Below are positions 13,445-26,590 of a stretch of 64,000 bases of DNA, piece after piece. A model generated the notes under the pieces. It was not told the origin of the DNA. It searched no databases and saw only the letters and a program-made list of their open reading frames with translations. The stretch is from NCBI RefSeq assembly GCF_018350175.1, contig NC_058376.1, positions 14,198,001-14,262,000 on the forward strand, read 5' to 3'. How positions within the stretch are numbered: position 1 is the stretch's first letter; every line of letters begins with the position of its first letter. The translations under genes and the position numbers were made by a program. This DNA is from Felis catus. Taxonomy: Eukaryota.

Positions 13445-15660
13445 TTATTTTTTTATTTTTTTATTTTTTTTGCATTTGGTTTTTTTTTAAACAATTTATT
13501 ATTATTTTTTGTAATTTACGTCCAAGTTAGTTAGCATATAGTGCAACAATGATTTCAGGAGTAGATTCCTTAATGCCCCTTACCCATTTAGCCCATCCCC
13601 CCTCCTACAACCCCTCAGCAAACCTCTGTTCTCTATATTTAAGAGTCTCCTATGTTTTGTCCCCCTCCCTGTTTTTATATTACTTTTGCTTCCCTTCCCT
13701 TATCGTCATCTGTTTTGAATCTTAAAGTCCTCATATGAGTGAAGTCATATGATATTTGTCTTTCTCTGACTGACTAATTTTGCTTAGCATAATACCCTCT
13801 AGTTCTATCTGTGCAGTTGCAAATGGCAAGATTTCATTCTTTTTGATTGCCGAGTAATACTCCATTGCATATATATATACCCCATCTTCTTTATCCATTC
13901 ATCCATCAATGGATATTTGGGTTCTTTCCATATTTTGGCTATTGTTGATAGTACTTCTATAAACATTGGGGTGTGTGTGCCCCTTCAAGGCAGCATACTT
14001 ATATCCCTTGGATAAATACCTAGTAGTGCAATTGCTGGANNNNNNNNNNNNNNNNNNNNNNNNNNNNNNNNNNNNNNNNNNNNNNNNNNNNNNNNNNNNN
14101 NNNNNNNNNNNNNNNNNNNNNNNNNNNNNNNNNNNNNNNNNNNNNNNNNNNNNNNNNNNNNNNNNNNNNNNNNNNNNNNNNNNNNNNNNNNNNNNNNNNN
14201 NNNNNNNNNNNNNNNNNNNNNNNNNNNNNNNNNNNNNNNNNNNNNNNNNNNNNNNNNNNNNNNNNNNNNNNNNNNNNNNNNNNNNNNNNNNNNNNNNNNN
14301 NNNNNNNNNNNNNNNNNNNNNNNNNNNNNNNNNNNNNNNNNNNNNNNNNNNNNNNTTGTTTTTTGGGTGTTGAATTTGATAAGTTCTTTATAGATTTTGG
14401 ATACTAACCCTTTATCTGATGTGTAATTTGCAAATATCTTCTCCCATTCTGTTGGATGCCATTTAGTTTTGCTGATTGTTTCCTTCACTGTGCAGAAGCT
14501 TTTTATTTTGATGAGGTTTCAATAGTTCATTTTTGCTGTTGTTTCCCTTGCCTCCAGAGATGTGTTGAGTAACAAGTTGCTGTGGCCAAGATCAAAGAGG
14601 TTTTTGCCTGCTTTCTCCTAGAGGATTTTGATGGCTTCCTGTCTTGCATTGAGGTCTTTCATCCATTTTGAGTTTATTTTTGTGTATGGTGTAAGAAAGT
14701 GGTCCAGGTTCATTTTTCTGCATGTCACTGTCCAGTTTTCCCAGCACCATTTGCTGAAGAGACCGTCTTTCTTGCTTTGTCAAAGATGAGTTGGCCATAC
14801 ATTGAGGGGTCCTTTCCTGAGTTCTCTATTCTGTTCCATTGATTTGAGTTTCTGTTTTTGTGCCATAGCCAATAAACATTTTAAAAGGTATTTGTCTTCA
14901 CTAGTCATTAGAGATATGCAAATTGAAACTACAATGTCATATTATTACATGTCAACCAAAATGGCAAAACTATAAAAGACAATATCAAGTGTTACTAAAG
15001 ATATGGATAAATGGCACTACCACTTAACTTCCAGAAGGATCTATATTGGTACAACAATTTTGGAAAATTGCTTGGAATTAATTTTTAAAATGAGCCTATT
15101 CATAGCTTATGATCAAGTATTTCTACTCTTGACTATTCCCCAAAGAAATACATACCTACGTTTATCAAAGGACATACACAGGAATGTTCCTGGTGGCCTT
15201 ATTTTTAATAGCCAACACATGAAACAACTCAAATGTTCATCAACAAAATGCACAAATGAAACGTCTTTTCATAAAGTGATATACTGTGAAGAAATGAGAA
15301 AGAACTCATGCCTTTGATATATACAAAATGAAAAAAACTACACAAATGCAGTGATGAACAAAGGAAGTCAGTCACAAACCGATGGATGGGTGTAATTCCA
15401 CCTGTGTAATATTTAAAAACAGACAAAATTAATTTATGATATGAAGAGTTGGGATACTGGTTGTACTTTTTGTTCTCCTTTTTGGGAAGAGAATTGGGGC
15501 AGTAACTAGGAGGATGTATGAGAGGGTCTCTGAAAATTTGATTTTGTTATATTTTTGGATCTAGACAATGGTCACTCAGTTGTGCTCACTTTGTGAGATG
15601 TTGTTGAGCAGCACACTTTGATTCTGTACTTTTCTGCATGCATGTTTTACTACAATGTAA
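12690..15660 (+). mobile_element. Old L1 (L1M-type) 3' fragment, interrupted by a younger L1
   Basis: L1 ORF2 3' motifs at 12700-13389 continue at 14884-15660 across the inserted element. Confidence 0.8.
13409..14864 (-). mobile_element. 5'-truncated carnivore L1 (3' ORF2 + 3'UTR + A-rich tail); N gap 14040-14355
   Basis: ORF2 peptide [30 protein letters not shown]; (TTTA)n tail; 19-bp TSD atagccaataaacatttta at 13390-13408 and 14865-14883. Confidence 0.95.
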
Positions 15661-16113
15661 GGTTTGTAAATATTCTGCCATCTGTCTCATAAAGGATTTA
15701 TCTCTGGCCAACTATCTACTCATTAACGACCATTCATTATGCCATGTCTGTTCTCTATTTGCAAACTTTCTCCCTTTCTCTCTTTCTTTTAATATGCACA
15801 GTAATTTAGTTCTCTTTGTAGCCATCATCCAGGATGCTTCTGGGTTCTTACTTTTCTCTACTAAAAATAAAAACTGTCTACAAGGTTGCATTTCTAAATC
15901 AAGGAACATTTATTTCCTGGAGATGAATTCTGTCTACTTCTCCATCTCCTGGAGATGTGGAATTAATTACACCGCATTTTTATTTGTATTTCCCTTTGGG
16001 AAGTAGCATTCAGGAGAGGCACAGGGAAGATTTTCATTTTTACTTAGTAAGATTCATGATAGAATGATTTAAGTTAAATAGGTATAGACATGGATTAGAG
16101 CAAGACACCATGT

Positions 16114-16331
16114 GGGGTGCCTGGGTGGCTCAGTAGGTTGAGCTGCAGACTGTTGATGTCAGCTCAGTTCGTGATCCCAGGATCCTGGGATCCAGTTCCG
16201 TGTTGAGCTCCATGCTGAGTGTGGAGCCAGCTAGGGATTCTCTCTCTCCCTCTCTCTTTCTCCCTCTCTCTGTCCCTCTCCCTTGCTTGCTCTCTCTTGC
16301 TCTCTCAAATAACAAAGAAACAAAACAAAAT
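16114..16331 (+). mobile_element. Can-SINE
   Basis: ggggtgcctgggtggctcag head, CT tract, A-rich tail. Confidence 0.92.
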
Positions 16332-16519
16332 AAGATGCTATGGAGAGCAATGAGGAGGGTATAAGGGAAATGATATGTTATAATCATGTGATATTTGTGA
16401 TACTCTGATTCATAAGAAAACATTGATTACCACTAAGATCTCCTGTTATAAGAAAGAATGATTTCAGTTCATTAAAATTGGACATTTCAGAGCCTAAACC
16501 TAATGACATATAATGATTA

Positions 16520-16720
16520 AAAATCCAGAATCTGGCATAAACATTCTTGATTTTGACGTTCTAATCTTCTCTCTGTCATTTACTTGATTTGCGATCTTGG
16601 AAAATTTATTTTCTTGTCTAAATTGTATTTGAAGAGATAAATTATAGGGAATAATAGTGCCTTTTATAAGAGTGTTGTGAAAATTAAGTGTAGCTTTATA
16701 GAGTAGGGTTTATTATATTC
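16520..16720 (+). mobile_element. MIR fragment
   Basis: Degenerate MIR-like core. Confidence 0.5.
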
Positions 16721-17344
16721 TAAGAGTTAATTATCAAAATGTCATCAAAATCATTTGTTGGTAATAGACTTTCAAGGAAGAATTGCAACTACTCACAATC
16801 AAACATATAGAAATATTTCCAAATAAGATGTCATCTCAGAATAAAAATTGTTTATACCTTAGTTACTGAACTCCAAAGTGTTATATGACACCAGACTACT
16901 TTCATTATATTTTAAATAGTAAATAATTATTTAAAGCATTTCAGGAAAAAAAAAGGCCACTAAAAGTAAGATATTATATTTCCATGGTTTGGCTCTTTTG
17001 ATTTTCTGTTTCTTCATAAAATAATATAGTAATTATTTCAAGACATCAGTTACATTTGACAATTAGTTCGATTATAATGATCTTAATGAGAATATTGAAT
17101 ACTTAAGCAGAGTAGTAAGATTGAATACACTTCACTTAACTTGCAAGGGAATGAATAGTAAAGAAGCGAACAAAATTTGTATGGGCTACTGTTTTAAGAA
17201 GCTTCATGGTCAAGAGAAACAGGGAGACTAATAGTCATTGATGATATAGGGTGAAGAGGAACTTCCAAAACATTATATCTGGAAACATAAGACTAAAATA
17301 TATATTCTTCAATGTTGCAACTCCCTGGGGCTTTGCTCATGTAC

Positions 17345-17935
17345 TAATAATCTATTGCTATGTAACTATAGCCTTAGAAGCCTAAAACAATATATATTCA
17401 CTATCTGCCAGTTGGTCAGAAGGTTGGGAACAACTTAACTGGGACTCTGGTCAGGGTCTCACGAGGCTAAAATCAAGTTGTTGGTCAACCAACTGGAGGC
17501 TGAACTAGAAAGATCTAAGTGAAAGTTTCTTCAGGTTTTGGGCAGACTTCATCTCCTTAATGCTGTAGAATTCATTCCTGTCATTTGGTTCTTCAAATCC
17601 AGGAATGGAGAGATAGGGTGGAGAGAAAGAGAGAGAGAGAGAGAGATGTGAATGCTGCATTGGATTAGTCAGGTATACCTAGGATGATCTCCTTTTTGAT
17701 TAACTTAAAGGCAACATTTAGAGACCTTGATTACATCAGCAAACCCTTCACTTTTGCTATATGAGGTGACCCAATCCTGGAATGATATCCCATCATTTTT
17801 ATGATGTTCTAACTGGTTAGAAGAATATTTCAGCTCCCGCCTCTACGCAGGGTGAGGGGATTATAAAAGAGCGAAAACCAGTTGATGAGAGTCACAAGGG
17901 CCATCTTAGAGTTCTGTTGGCCGTGGCCTGCCATC
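17345..17935 (-). mobile_element. MaLR LTR (MLT1E/F-like)
   Basis: ctattgctatgtaac..cagggtctcacgaggctaaaatcaag..ggaccttgattacatcagcaaa..gggccatcttagagttctg. Confidence 0.75.
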
Positions 17936-19093
17936 TTATATATGATCTATGTTTAACAACAGCTTGTTGCTTATTAAGACAACAAACTGAATTAATTAAG
18001 AATACTGTTATTATAAAACTACTTGAGAGAGAAGGAATGTGAGGGAAAAAATGCAGAAAAATACTTGGCCTCAGGAAGAAATGAAGGAAGATGCCTACCT
18101 TGTGATGGATAAAAATTATCAAAATTTACCAGTCATGATTGAACAATAAAGAATTTTTACAAATAGCTGAGAACTTGAAGCTTTGTCTTTGCTTGAGTAT
18201 TTTTGATCTTTGGTACTATACTAAAAACAAACAACAAAAAAGAAAAAAAAGGACAGAAAAAAAGAGAGAAAATTCCTGCAGTGATTCCACTTTTTCTCTC
18301 TCTATTCTCCTTTAGTGTGATTTAATGTTTATAAGAGAGCAAAAGTGGAAGAAATACAATAGGTGTGTGAGCCATTCACAGTGACCTACTTGCAAAACAA
18401 ACTAATTATATCATTAAAATAAAAATAACAGATGACCACGATATGGGAAATACCAGGAAATAATTCAGTGTTAAATTATCAGATATGTTGAATATTGGCA
18501 TTTGAAAATGGAAGCATGGACAATTGCTTTAGATTCTAGAATAAAAAGAAGCCTGTTTCATAGTATTTAAAATGGTAGGAATGGGAGAGAGCAGGACACA
18601 GTGTCCTTGGGATGTATTTGAAGACTGTGGGGTACTGCATTTCATTTGCTTTGTCCAACTCAAGAGGCTATAACCATAATGAATAAGTGGAAGATTCAAG
18701 GGGTTAGACTTATTGAGATAAGAAATCCCTCTAAAAATTAGTTCTGCCTGAAAAGCAGATTGGCAGTGTGCTTGGTTCCCATCCCTGAAGGTATTAAAGC
18801 AGCCCAAGGCCGCAGTTTGTAGACATGTTGCGGACAGAATTCCAGAATCGAGGAGAGAAGCAGGACTAAGTGTTCTCTCAAGTGCCTTCTTACTGTAGCA
18901 CTCTGGGATTCTGTACGTGCAGCACAGCATTGAAATACGAAGGCTTGGGGAGAATGATGGTGCTGAATCTAGAAACAGAAAAAAAATGTGATGCAGGGAG
19001 AGGTCAAATCGTAGTAGTTAGTTAGGAACCCCATCCCATTATGGAGAGATACCTTCTAGCATTGAATAACTTTGAGATCTAAAGTAGGAAGCA

Positions 19094-19096
<3 letters not shown>

Positions 19097-19136
<40 letters not shown>
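19097..19136. repeat. (TG)n microsatellite
   Basis: Directly visible. Confidence 0.97.
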
Positions 19137-19139
<3 letters not shown>

Positions 19140-19364
19140 ACTTTGTGGAAATCTAAAAATTCACCTCTGTGGGCCAAACACTATTTTAGATTCTGAGCTA
19201 TAAATATTTATTTATCGATGTTTACGAAATATGTGTTGAACTGTACCAGGGGCTGTGGATTCAATGGTATAAGATAAAGTTTTAGACTCTAAAGAGTTCT
19301 CACTCTGGTATACAGGGGAGATAAAAAGATCACAGATTCCATTTTATATCAAAAATAAAACTTC

Positions 19365-19580
19365 TTAAATAGCACTTACTAGAGGCCAGGTGCTACTCTA
19401 AGGGGTTTACAGATACTAACTTAAATTCTCCTCAACAACTTTAAGAAGTAGATATTGCCATTATAGTCTTTTTATACATGAGGAAACTGAGGCACAGAGA
19501 GGTAAAGAGAATTGCCCAAGATGCTAGAGCTAGGAAGTGGAGAATTCGAAGCTAGGCTCCATGTTTTTAGAGTGCCACAC
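19365..19580 (-). mobile_element. MIR
   Basis: atgaggaaactgaggcacagagaggtaaag..ttgcccaagatg..gagctaggaagtgg. Confidence 0.85.
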
Positions 19581-19892
19581 CAAGAGGCCTCTTTTGAAGA
19601 GGTGTGTGGCCAGCCTGCCTCAGCTTGTGAGGGGTTAACTATGTGTGACTCTTCCCAAGCCCACACTGGGGACATCATGTTGCTAGTTTAAAGTTGGCTA
19701 AGATGGAAATAGTTATTCATTTTGTTTTCTGGTGAAACAGTTTACCAGCCCCCACTAGCAGCTTACAGTACAGATGACATGATTGCTCTGAAAGTTACAC
19801 ATGGGGTGTTTTGGGAGAAAAAAACTTAAAAGAGAGGCATCGAAATCAGACATGATGGGGAATGAGAAGTTCAGGACGCCTGAATTCATTCT

Positions 19893-19990
19893 TTTTTTTT
19901 TTTTTTCTTTTTCCTTCCAAGTTTTTATTTAAATTCCAGTTGGTTAACATACAGTGCAATATTAGTTTCAGGTATAGGATTTAGTGATTC
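19893..19990 (-). mobile_element. Extremely 5'-truncated carnivore L1 3' end (~100 bp)
   Basis: polyT plus ttccagttggttaacatacagtgcaatattagtttcagg, which matches the L1 3' end at 13520-13560; flanking attcattct direct repeat. Confidence 0.75.
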
Positions 19991-21662
19991 ATTCTGGAAG
20001 GATGAATGGGAGGCAGACTATCAGATGACTGGGGAAATGACCGTATAGGCCAAAGAAGGGAAAAGGAATCAATAAGGTATCATCTTATTGACAGGAGTTT
20101 GGCCTTTTCTGCGACAGCCAGATTTAGGAGCGACAGTCCCAGGTTTCTCTTACAAATGCTCTCACAGACTGAGTGTCTCGGAATGCCTGGCTAGAAGATG
20201 TCATATCAGCCGATCTGCAATAGTCAGCAGGACCTCCCTTGTCAACACGAAAGTGGGAACAGAGAAAGATCGCGTCAGGCAAGAGTGTTGCATCGAAATC
20301 CACAAAAATGACTCTGAGAGGAAACCAGCGTAGACAATATTTCCATCAGGAATCCTAAGTACCTTGGGTACTATTTGTTGTTGAATGCTGAGGGGCTCTG
20401 GAGAGGTTGGGACTATTTCTGAATAAATGAATGAATATTCCTGGAAACTAGCTATCTCTTTGTTATGACAAGTCTTCAGTAAGAGACTGGGAAATCATCT
20501 TGTATGATGTGGATCGGGAGAATCATCTCTGGATCTGGAAGTTATTGGGTAACTACTTGTGAGCGGGGAGACTTTGGGAAAAGGGCATTCTCCTTCAGTT
20601 TCATTTTTCTCCTTGATGTGAAGCTGGGATTCAAACAATTGCTGTCTCCTTCACAATATTTTTTTTACTGGGACCAAATAATTTTGTTTTTTTATTTATA
20701 AAGTCACTGTGCAATGTAAGCATATAGAGATATTTCTGTTGGAGAATATTTCTTTGTTTGAGAGAATGGCTCATTAGTTTCTTTCTTTCTTTTTTTCCCC
20801 CAATAGTTTCTTGATTTAGCACTGATGGCTTTTGGTAAATTGCCACGAGGTAAAAAGTATACTTAGTATCAGTACAGTCTTTCCCTTCATGTGTACTATA
20901 CATAATAATGTTCCTATGTCATTATTTAGCAGGCCACAACTATTCGTATCAAGGTTAATGAACTCTGAATTATGTCACGATGCCAAGCCTAGTAACATAC
21001 TGCATAGCATTTGTTTTTGGCAATAAATTATTGTACAATGTGCTCCAGGCAATGTGTGGTAAAGCTTCTATAGCTGGTTTATTGTCTGAATGTTTGGTCT
21101 TGCTTGTTTCATTCATTCGAAAAATATTAAGATCCTTTTGTAATAAGATGTCCAGACTTTAGTATATCAATTTGAAAACATATAAGGATATAGTACAGCG
21201 AGATCAGTAGAGTTGTCACCAGCAAATATTGATTAGTTGTATTTTGGGGGGACTTAAGTGTTTTGAGGATAAAATTGTTGAGTAAGGAATTAAAATTCAA
21301 TAAGAAGATGGAGGCTTATGTTGATAAATGCTCCAGAGGAGGTTAAATAATACCAAGATCTGTTTAGTACCCAGGCAGTAAGCCACCCTTGGTGACCTAC
21401 TGAGAGTACTAGCTTTAAAGTGCTAATAGGGGATGGAATGCAAACTGAAATTAATTGAAAAAACTAATAGGTAAGAGGAAGTCCACCTTCTGGGCACAGC
21501 CCACATTTGAAGAAGTTTCATTGGGAAGGAAAGCAGGGAGGTAGAGTGAATGCTGGACCAGCCGCAGGGTTAAGGACTAATGCCTAAAATATTGATGGAA
21601 ACTTGAAGGTCTGTGAACCCATGTTTTTCCTACATACGTCCTCCCAATTCTTAACATTGTAC

Positions 21663-22095
21663 CTGGAGCCAGCTACATAATTTGAAGGCTCAGTGCAAAC
21701 TGAAATTGTGATACCCCTTGTTTAAAAAGCTGAAAAGTAAATCTTTTTTCCTGTATCCTGTGGTCTCTTTTGACATGTTGCGGTTGCTTTTTGTTCACTC
21801 TTTAATGTCATGTGCTCTTGGGCACAGGGATACCTACTGAGGGAGGCTAGCCTCTCACAGAGCCTAGACCCCAACCTCTCCCATGCCTGTGCCCAGGCTC
21901 CCATGGAGGGAGGGGCAGAAGGTGGCAGCAGCCACTGGGTGGGACTGGGACAGTAGAAAACTGAGGAGGCATTTGGGGAGGGAGTAGGTGGTGGGAGGTG
22001 GGACTTCATATGAGAAGACACCACAAGTCCCTAGTCCCATTGTTCCAGCAGAGTTCACTTACAAACCACAAATTCAAAGACAGAAGTAGTAAGGA
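21663..22095 (-). mobile_element. MER45B/C-like hAT DNA transposon fragment
   Basis: gccagctacataatttg..gctcagtgcaaactgaaattgtg..ccccttgtttaaaa resembles the MER45 terminus; ttacaaaccacaaattcaaaga internal motif. Confidence 0.7.
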
Positions 22096-22901
22096 CCTGC
22101 GTAGGTTGGCCTGACTGTGCTTCATATATAGCGTGTACTCAGTCCATGTGGGATAAATTGAATTGATTTGTTTAGTGACTATCTCTTGAAGAATCCAATT
22201 AAACTTGTGTCAGTAAACATCATCATTCTAGACTTGTCTGGGGAGAAGGCAGGCCAGACTTTGCCATGGGATGGGATCATAAAATTTTAAAGGATCACAT
22301 GTGTATGGGAGATTTTGGGGGTAGGGTTGGAATGGCCACAGATACTCATGCTGGAAGTCCAAGCTTCAAGATGGCTTTTACTTTCTGGCTTAATTCTGTA
22401 TGGTCACAATTAAAGTTAATATACTTTTACATAGGCTTAAAATCCAGAATTAAAGCACTTATAAACAGCCATATTCATTCTCTCCTACATCCAAGTCTTT
22501 TGTTCAGGAAGAAGAATAGTAAGCAATTCTGATGTCAAGGGGCAAAACCTTGAGGAATAGGTAATAATCGTACTTTGTTCATTGAGGGATGGAAGGCTCA
22601 GTGCAAACAGAGTAGTTTGAAGTCACAGAAATATAGTTAAAGTTGAGTTGCATTTGGTGTATACAAATCTGTGAGGGTCAAAACACAATGTATGAAATGA
22701 CCTACTAATATAAAATAGAAAGTTTATGGAGGTTGACAATTTATGAAATACATATATTGGCATTTTGATTTTTAATGAGATCTAATTTATTGGATTCTGA
22801 CTTTTTTTCAAGGTCAAACGTAAGCAGTATAGAATTTGAAGTCAAATAAGTAAGTTATATCTCTATCATTATACAAGTATGTGATTCTGGCCAAGTCACT
22901 T

Positions 22902-23122
22902 AAAAAAAATTTTTTTTAATGTTTATTTATTGTTGAGAGACAGAGAGAGACAGAGCATGAGCATGGGAGAGGCAGAGAGAGGAGGAGACACAGAATCCAA
23001 AGCAGGCTCCAGGCTGTGATCTGTTAGCACAGAGCCTGATGCGGGGCTCAAACCCACAAACGGTGAGATCATGACCTGAGCTGAAGTCGGACGCTTAACC
23101 GACTGAGCCACCCAGGCGCCCC
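22902..23122 (-). mobile_element. Can-SINE (SINEC_Fc) inserted in a MIR
   Basis: Low-divergence SINE; TSD ccaagtcactt at 22891-22901 and 23133-23143. Confidence 0.95.
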
Positions 23123-23663
23123 CCCACCCCCCACCAAGTCACTTTTTTAAATGTGAACACAGTAATATTGTTTTGTATAAAATGAGAATAATGATAATAA
23201 GAATAGTCTTGCCTAACATGGATTAACACACACGTACATAACATACAAGCCCATATGTACACATGCACATACAATGTAAAAGTCACTGAATTTAATTAGA
23301 GGACGAAACACATATTTTGGTCTATGTAAGGTCATGAGTCACATGAAAGATCGGTTTTTTAGTAGAACCGGAGTGATGAAAAAGAAGTCAATTTTATTCC
23401 AGGCTCATTATTAACTGGAGATAAACCCCGGTTAAGAGCAAACCTAAGACTTCCTGACAGAATTGGAATGCCTAGTGAACTGAGCTCATTTGAAGCAAAT
23501 TATTATGTGACTGAGTAGGCAGACTTCATGTTTCTCATCCACCTCTGACTGTATGTAAAGTTCTGAGACCGTGAGTACCATTCAGGCTTGCAGAACCATC
23601 CTGCACCTGCTCTCCCCCTCTCATATACTTACACCTCATTGACATTTTCACCCCCTAAACGCC

Positions 23664-23857
23664 AGGGACTGCTACTGCTCTGGAGACTCCTGTAGAGGCT
23701 GCGGATGCGGCTGTGACTATGGCCGTGTCTGTGGGCACGGATATGGGATATGGATCTGGCTATGGCTGTGGCCCAACGGGTCAAGCCCTGGTTCTGGCTG
23801 CAGTTGCCACGCCTCCCATTCATTTTGCTGCAGGAGATGCTTATTCCTTGCTGTTAG
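23664..23857 (+). pseudogene. KRTAP21-like pseudogene psi3
   Basis: Start reads AGG (gccAGG) then DCYCSGDSCRGCGCGCDYG..; internal frameshifts; tail SFCCRRC..tgc tgt TAG; TATA mutated to TATGTAAA at 23552-23559. Confidence 0.85.
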
Positions 23858-24585
23858 AAAATCACTACCGGAGCATCCTTTGCTGCTAAAGTGGCAGTAG
23901 GAAATCTGTTCCAAGGAGTAGTCATTGACGACTTTTATTCCTGTGAATGTTTTTGTCCTAGATGGGCTTTAAGGTCGATGGAAGAAAGAAGATAAAATTC
24001 CAATTGTTTTCTGAAATTTAACTCTTCCATCTCATGGTTTCTTTCCACACCGTAGCCTTGGCCACAAGTACTAATGCTCCACATTTGGGCAAATCAGTTC
24101 CCCAGTGAAATGCTCGTTTGAATCTAGTAAGTCTGTCACCAGTTTTAAGTCATCAGTGAGTACAGATTTTGAAAGTTCCCTGTCTTTTTTTTTTTTTTTT
24201 CCTTTCCTGTGATGTTATGGGGTTTTCCAAACAGTTCTCAAAACTTTTTCTTCAATAATTTACTGTTAGTGATTAATCACATCTACAGTAACAAAAACCT
24301 CACCCACTTGTGTCTACATATGCACAGAAATCAGAGTTGTGTTTATGGAGAATGAAACTGGTAGTGTCTTGTTGAATTGTCTGGAAGAGGGACAAATACG
24401 AGCTGAGCGAATGCAGGGTAGATGTCACGTAGGTCTGAGTGGAGTATCGACACCAGTAAAGGGGAAGAAGTGATAGACTTCTGAACCCATCTGGAGGTCA
24501 AATCTCTGAATTCTGGGTATAATGAGGGGGAAGATAGAAGGAAGGGAAGCTTAGTGGAAATGTATGCTTAGAATATCTAGATTCG

Positions 24586-24802
24586 TGTGCCACTTGTGTG
24601 GCACGAGTCGGTTGAGCATCTGACTCTTGATCTCAGCTCAGGTCATGATCTCAAGCTTCATGAGATTGACCCCAGTGTTGGGCTCTGTGCTGACAGTGCA
24701 GAGCCTCCCTGAGATCCTCTCTCTCCCCCTCTCTCTCTGCCCCTACTCACCTTGCATGTGCTCTCTCTATCTCTCTCAAAAATAAATAAACATTAAAAAA
24801 AT
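24586..24802 (+). mobile_element. Can-SINE
   Basis: Diverged head, tgactcttgatctcagctcaggtcatgatctc, CT tract, aataaataaacattaaaa tail. Confidence 0.9.
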
Positions 24803-24916
24803 TAGAAAAATATATAGTCTTCTGGATACTCAGCAGTGTAGAAAGGAGTTGTTATCTAGTTTAGAGACTAAGGAAAGAGATGAAAAGCTTGTATTAATGG
24901 TAGATATTGTGGATAA

Positions 24917-24926
24917 TCTATCTATC

Positions 24927-24969
<43 letters not shown>

Positions 24970-25034
24970 ATCTATGTATCTATACCATCATCATCATCTA
25001 TCTGTCTTTCTATCATCTATCTATTTATCATCTA
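24917..25034. repeat. Compound (TCTA)n/(TCA)n microsatellite
   Basis: Directly visible. Confidence 0.95.
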
Positions 25035-25881
25035 AATGGACCCACTTCTCAGTGAATTCATAATCTCATGTAGGAGAAATATGGTAAGATTGACAATAGA
25101 ATGAAGTGATTATTTTTATGGTTATATGCCATAGGAGATATACAATACAATGTGGTTATTTAGTAGTGTGAGAGTCAGGATTGTTCCAAGCAGAGGGGAC
25201 GCTTGAGTTGAGGCCTGAGGCACGAATAGGACTTGGCCAGGCAGAAAGGAGAGCAGGACGAGCAATCTTCATATGCATTTATGATCACTGCTGGGGGAAG
25301 TGTAATCACGAAGCAGATCTGGAGAGGAATTCCCAGGCTTTCCCTCCTCTCCTAAGAGCATCTAGACAGCAGATATACATGAACAGGAGAGGGCAGGGCC
25401 AGGAAGAGCATAGGCTGATGAGCCTACCAGCAGAAGACTAAGAAGACGTGGCTGATACTCATCTGCTGTGTGACTTCAGACTAGTGACATAATCACTCTG
25501 ATCCTCAGCTTTTTTCTGCAAACACTTGCATGTCAGGTAGATGCTCTATTCATTCCATAAGCATATGATAATGCATTGAGATAACGTGTAAAGACACTTT
25601 ACAAAATACAATGTAGATGGACTGGTTAGCAGAGATTTTCCATTGTTTAATGAGAGTTTAGAGAAGAAGATTTTTTTGTGATTAGAAGCTAGAAAAAATT
25701 GTATTATGAGGGGGAATTTATATTCATCACAGATTATGGGAATCTCTAGAATGTGTTTCACATGGATATTGAGGATTCAGTGTTTAATAAATCTTTAATC
25801 TTGACTGAAATCTCTTATTACAAGATGATACTTAATCAAGCTATCTAAACAGACATAGTCCTAAAAATTAAGTACATTTCT

Positions 25882-26082
25882 GGGGCGCCCGGGTGGCTCA
25901 GGCGGTTAAGCCGTCGACTTCTGTTCAGGTGATGATCTCACAGTTCCTGGGTTGGAGCCCTGTGTCAGGCTCTGTGCTGACAGCTTGGAGCCTGGGGCCT
26001 GCTTCAGATTCTGTGTCTCCCTCTCACTCTGCCCTTCTCCTGCTCACACTGTGTCTCTCTTAAAGATAAATAAACATTAAAA
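25882..26082 (+). mobile_element. Can-SINE (SINEC_Fc)
   Basis: ggggcgcccgggtggctcag head; 19-bp TSD aaaaattaagtacatttct at 25863-25881 and 26083-26101. Confidence 0.96.
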
Positions 26083-26388
26083 AAAAATTAAGTACATTTC
26101 TACTATGGACTGATCTTTTGACTCTTCTGGAATTTCAAAAAACCCACATCACCTTTTTATATGGTATGTACTTAAACATGTTCCCAAAGGATATGCTTTG
26201 TAAATACAATATTGAATCGTTCTCTAATTGCTGAACTTGAAAATATGCGTGATATCATATCCAATGATATTATGTTGACACTGTGGTTTTAGTAACAAAT
26301 TACCATACAAAATAGTTAATTCAGGGTGTAAAAATGCCCCTAGGAGAGTAATTTATGTCCCTAGGGGTTTGCTGTTTCATCATGAAGA

Positions 26389-26402
26389 TGTTTTTAATTA
26401 CA

Positions 26403-26466
<64 letters not shown>

Positions 26467-26590
26467 TAGAACCTATGCTGTTTTTAATTACAGCATATAT
26501 ATACATACATATATATATATACATATGTATATACATATGTATATATGTATACATATATATGTATGTATACATATGCATATTAGAACCTAT
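26389..26590. repeat. Two-copy tandem duplication enclosing (TA)n tracts
   Basis: Unit tgtttttaattacagca-(TA)n-ttagaacctat occurs twice. Confidence 0.9.
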
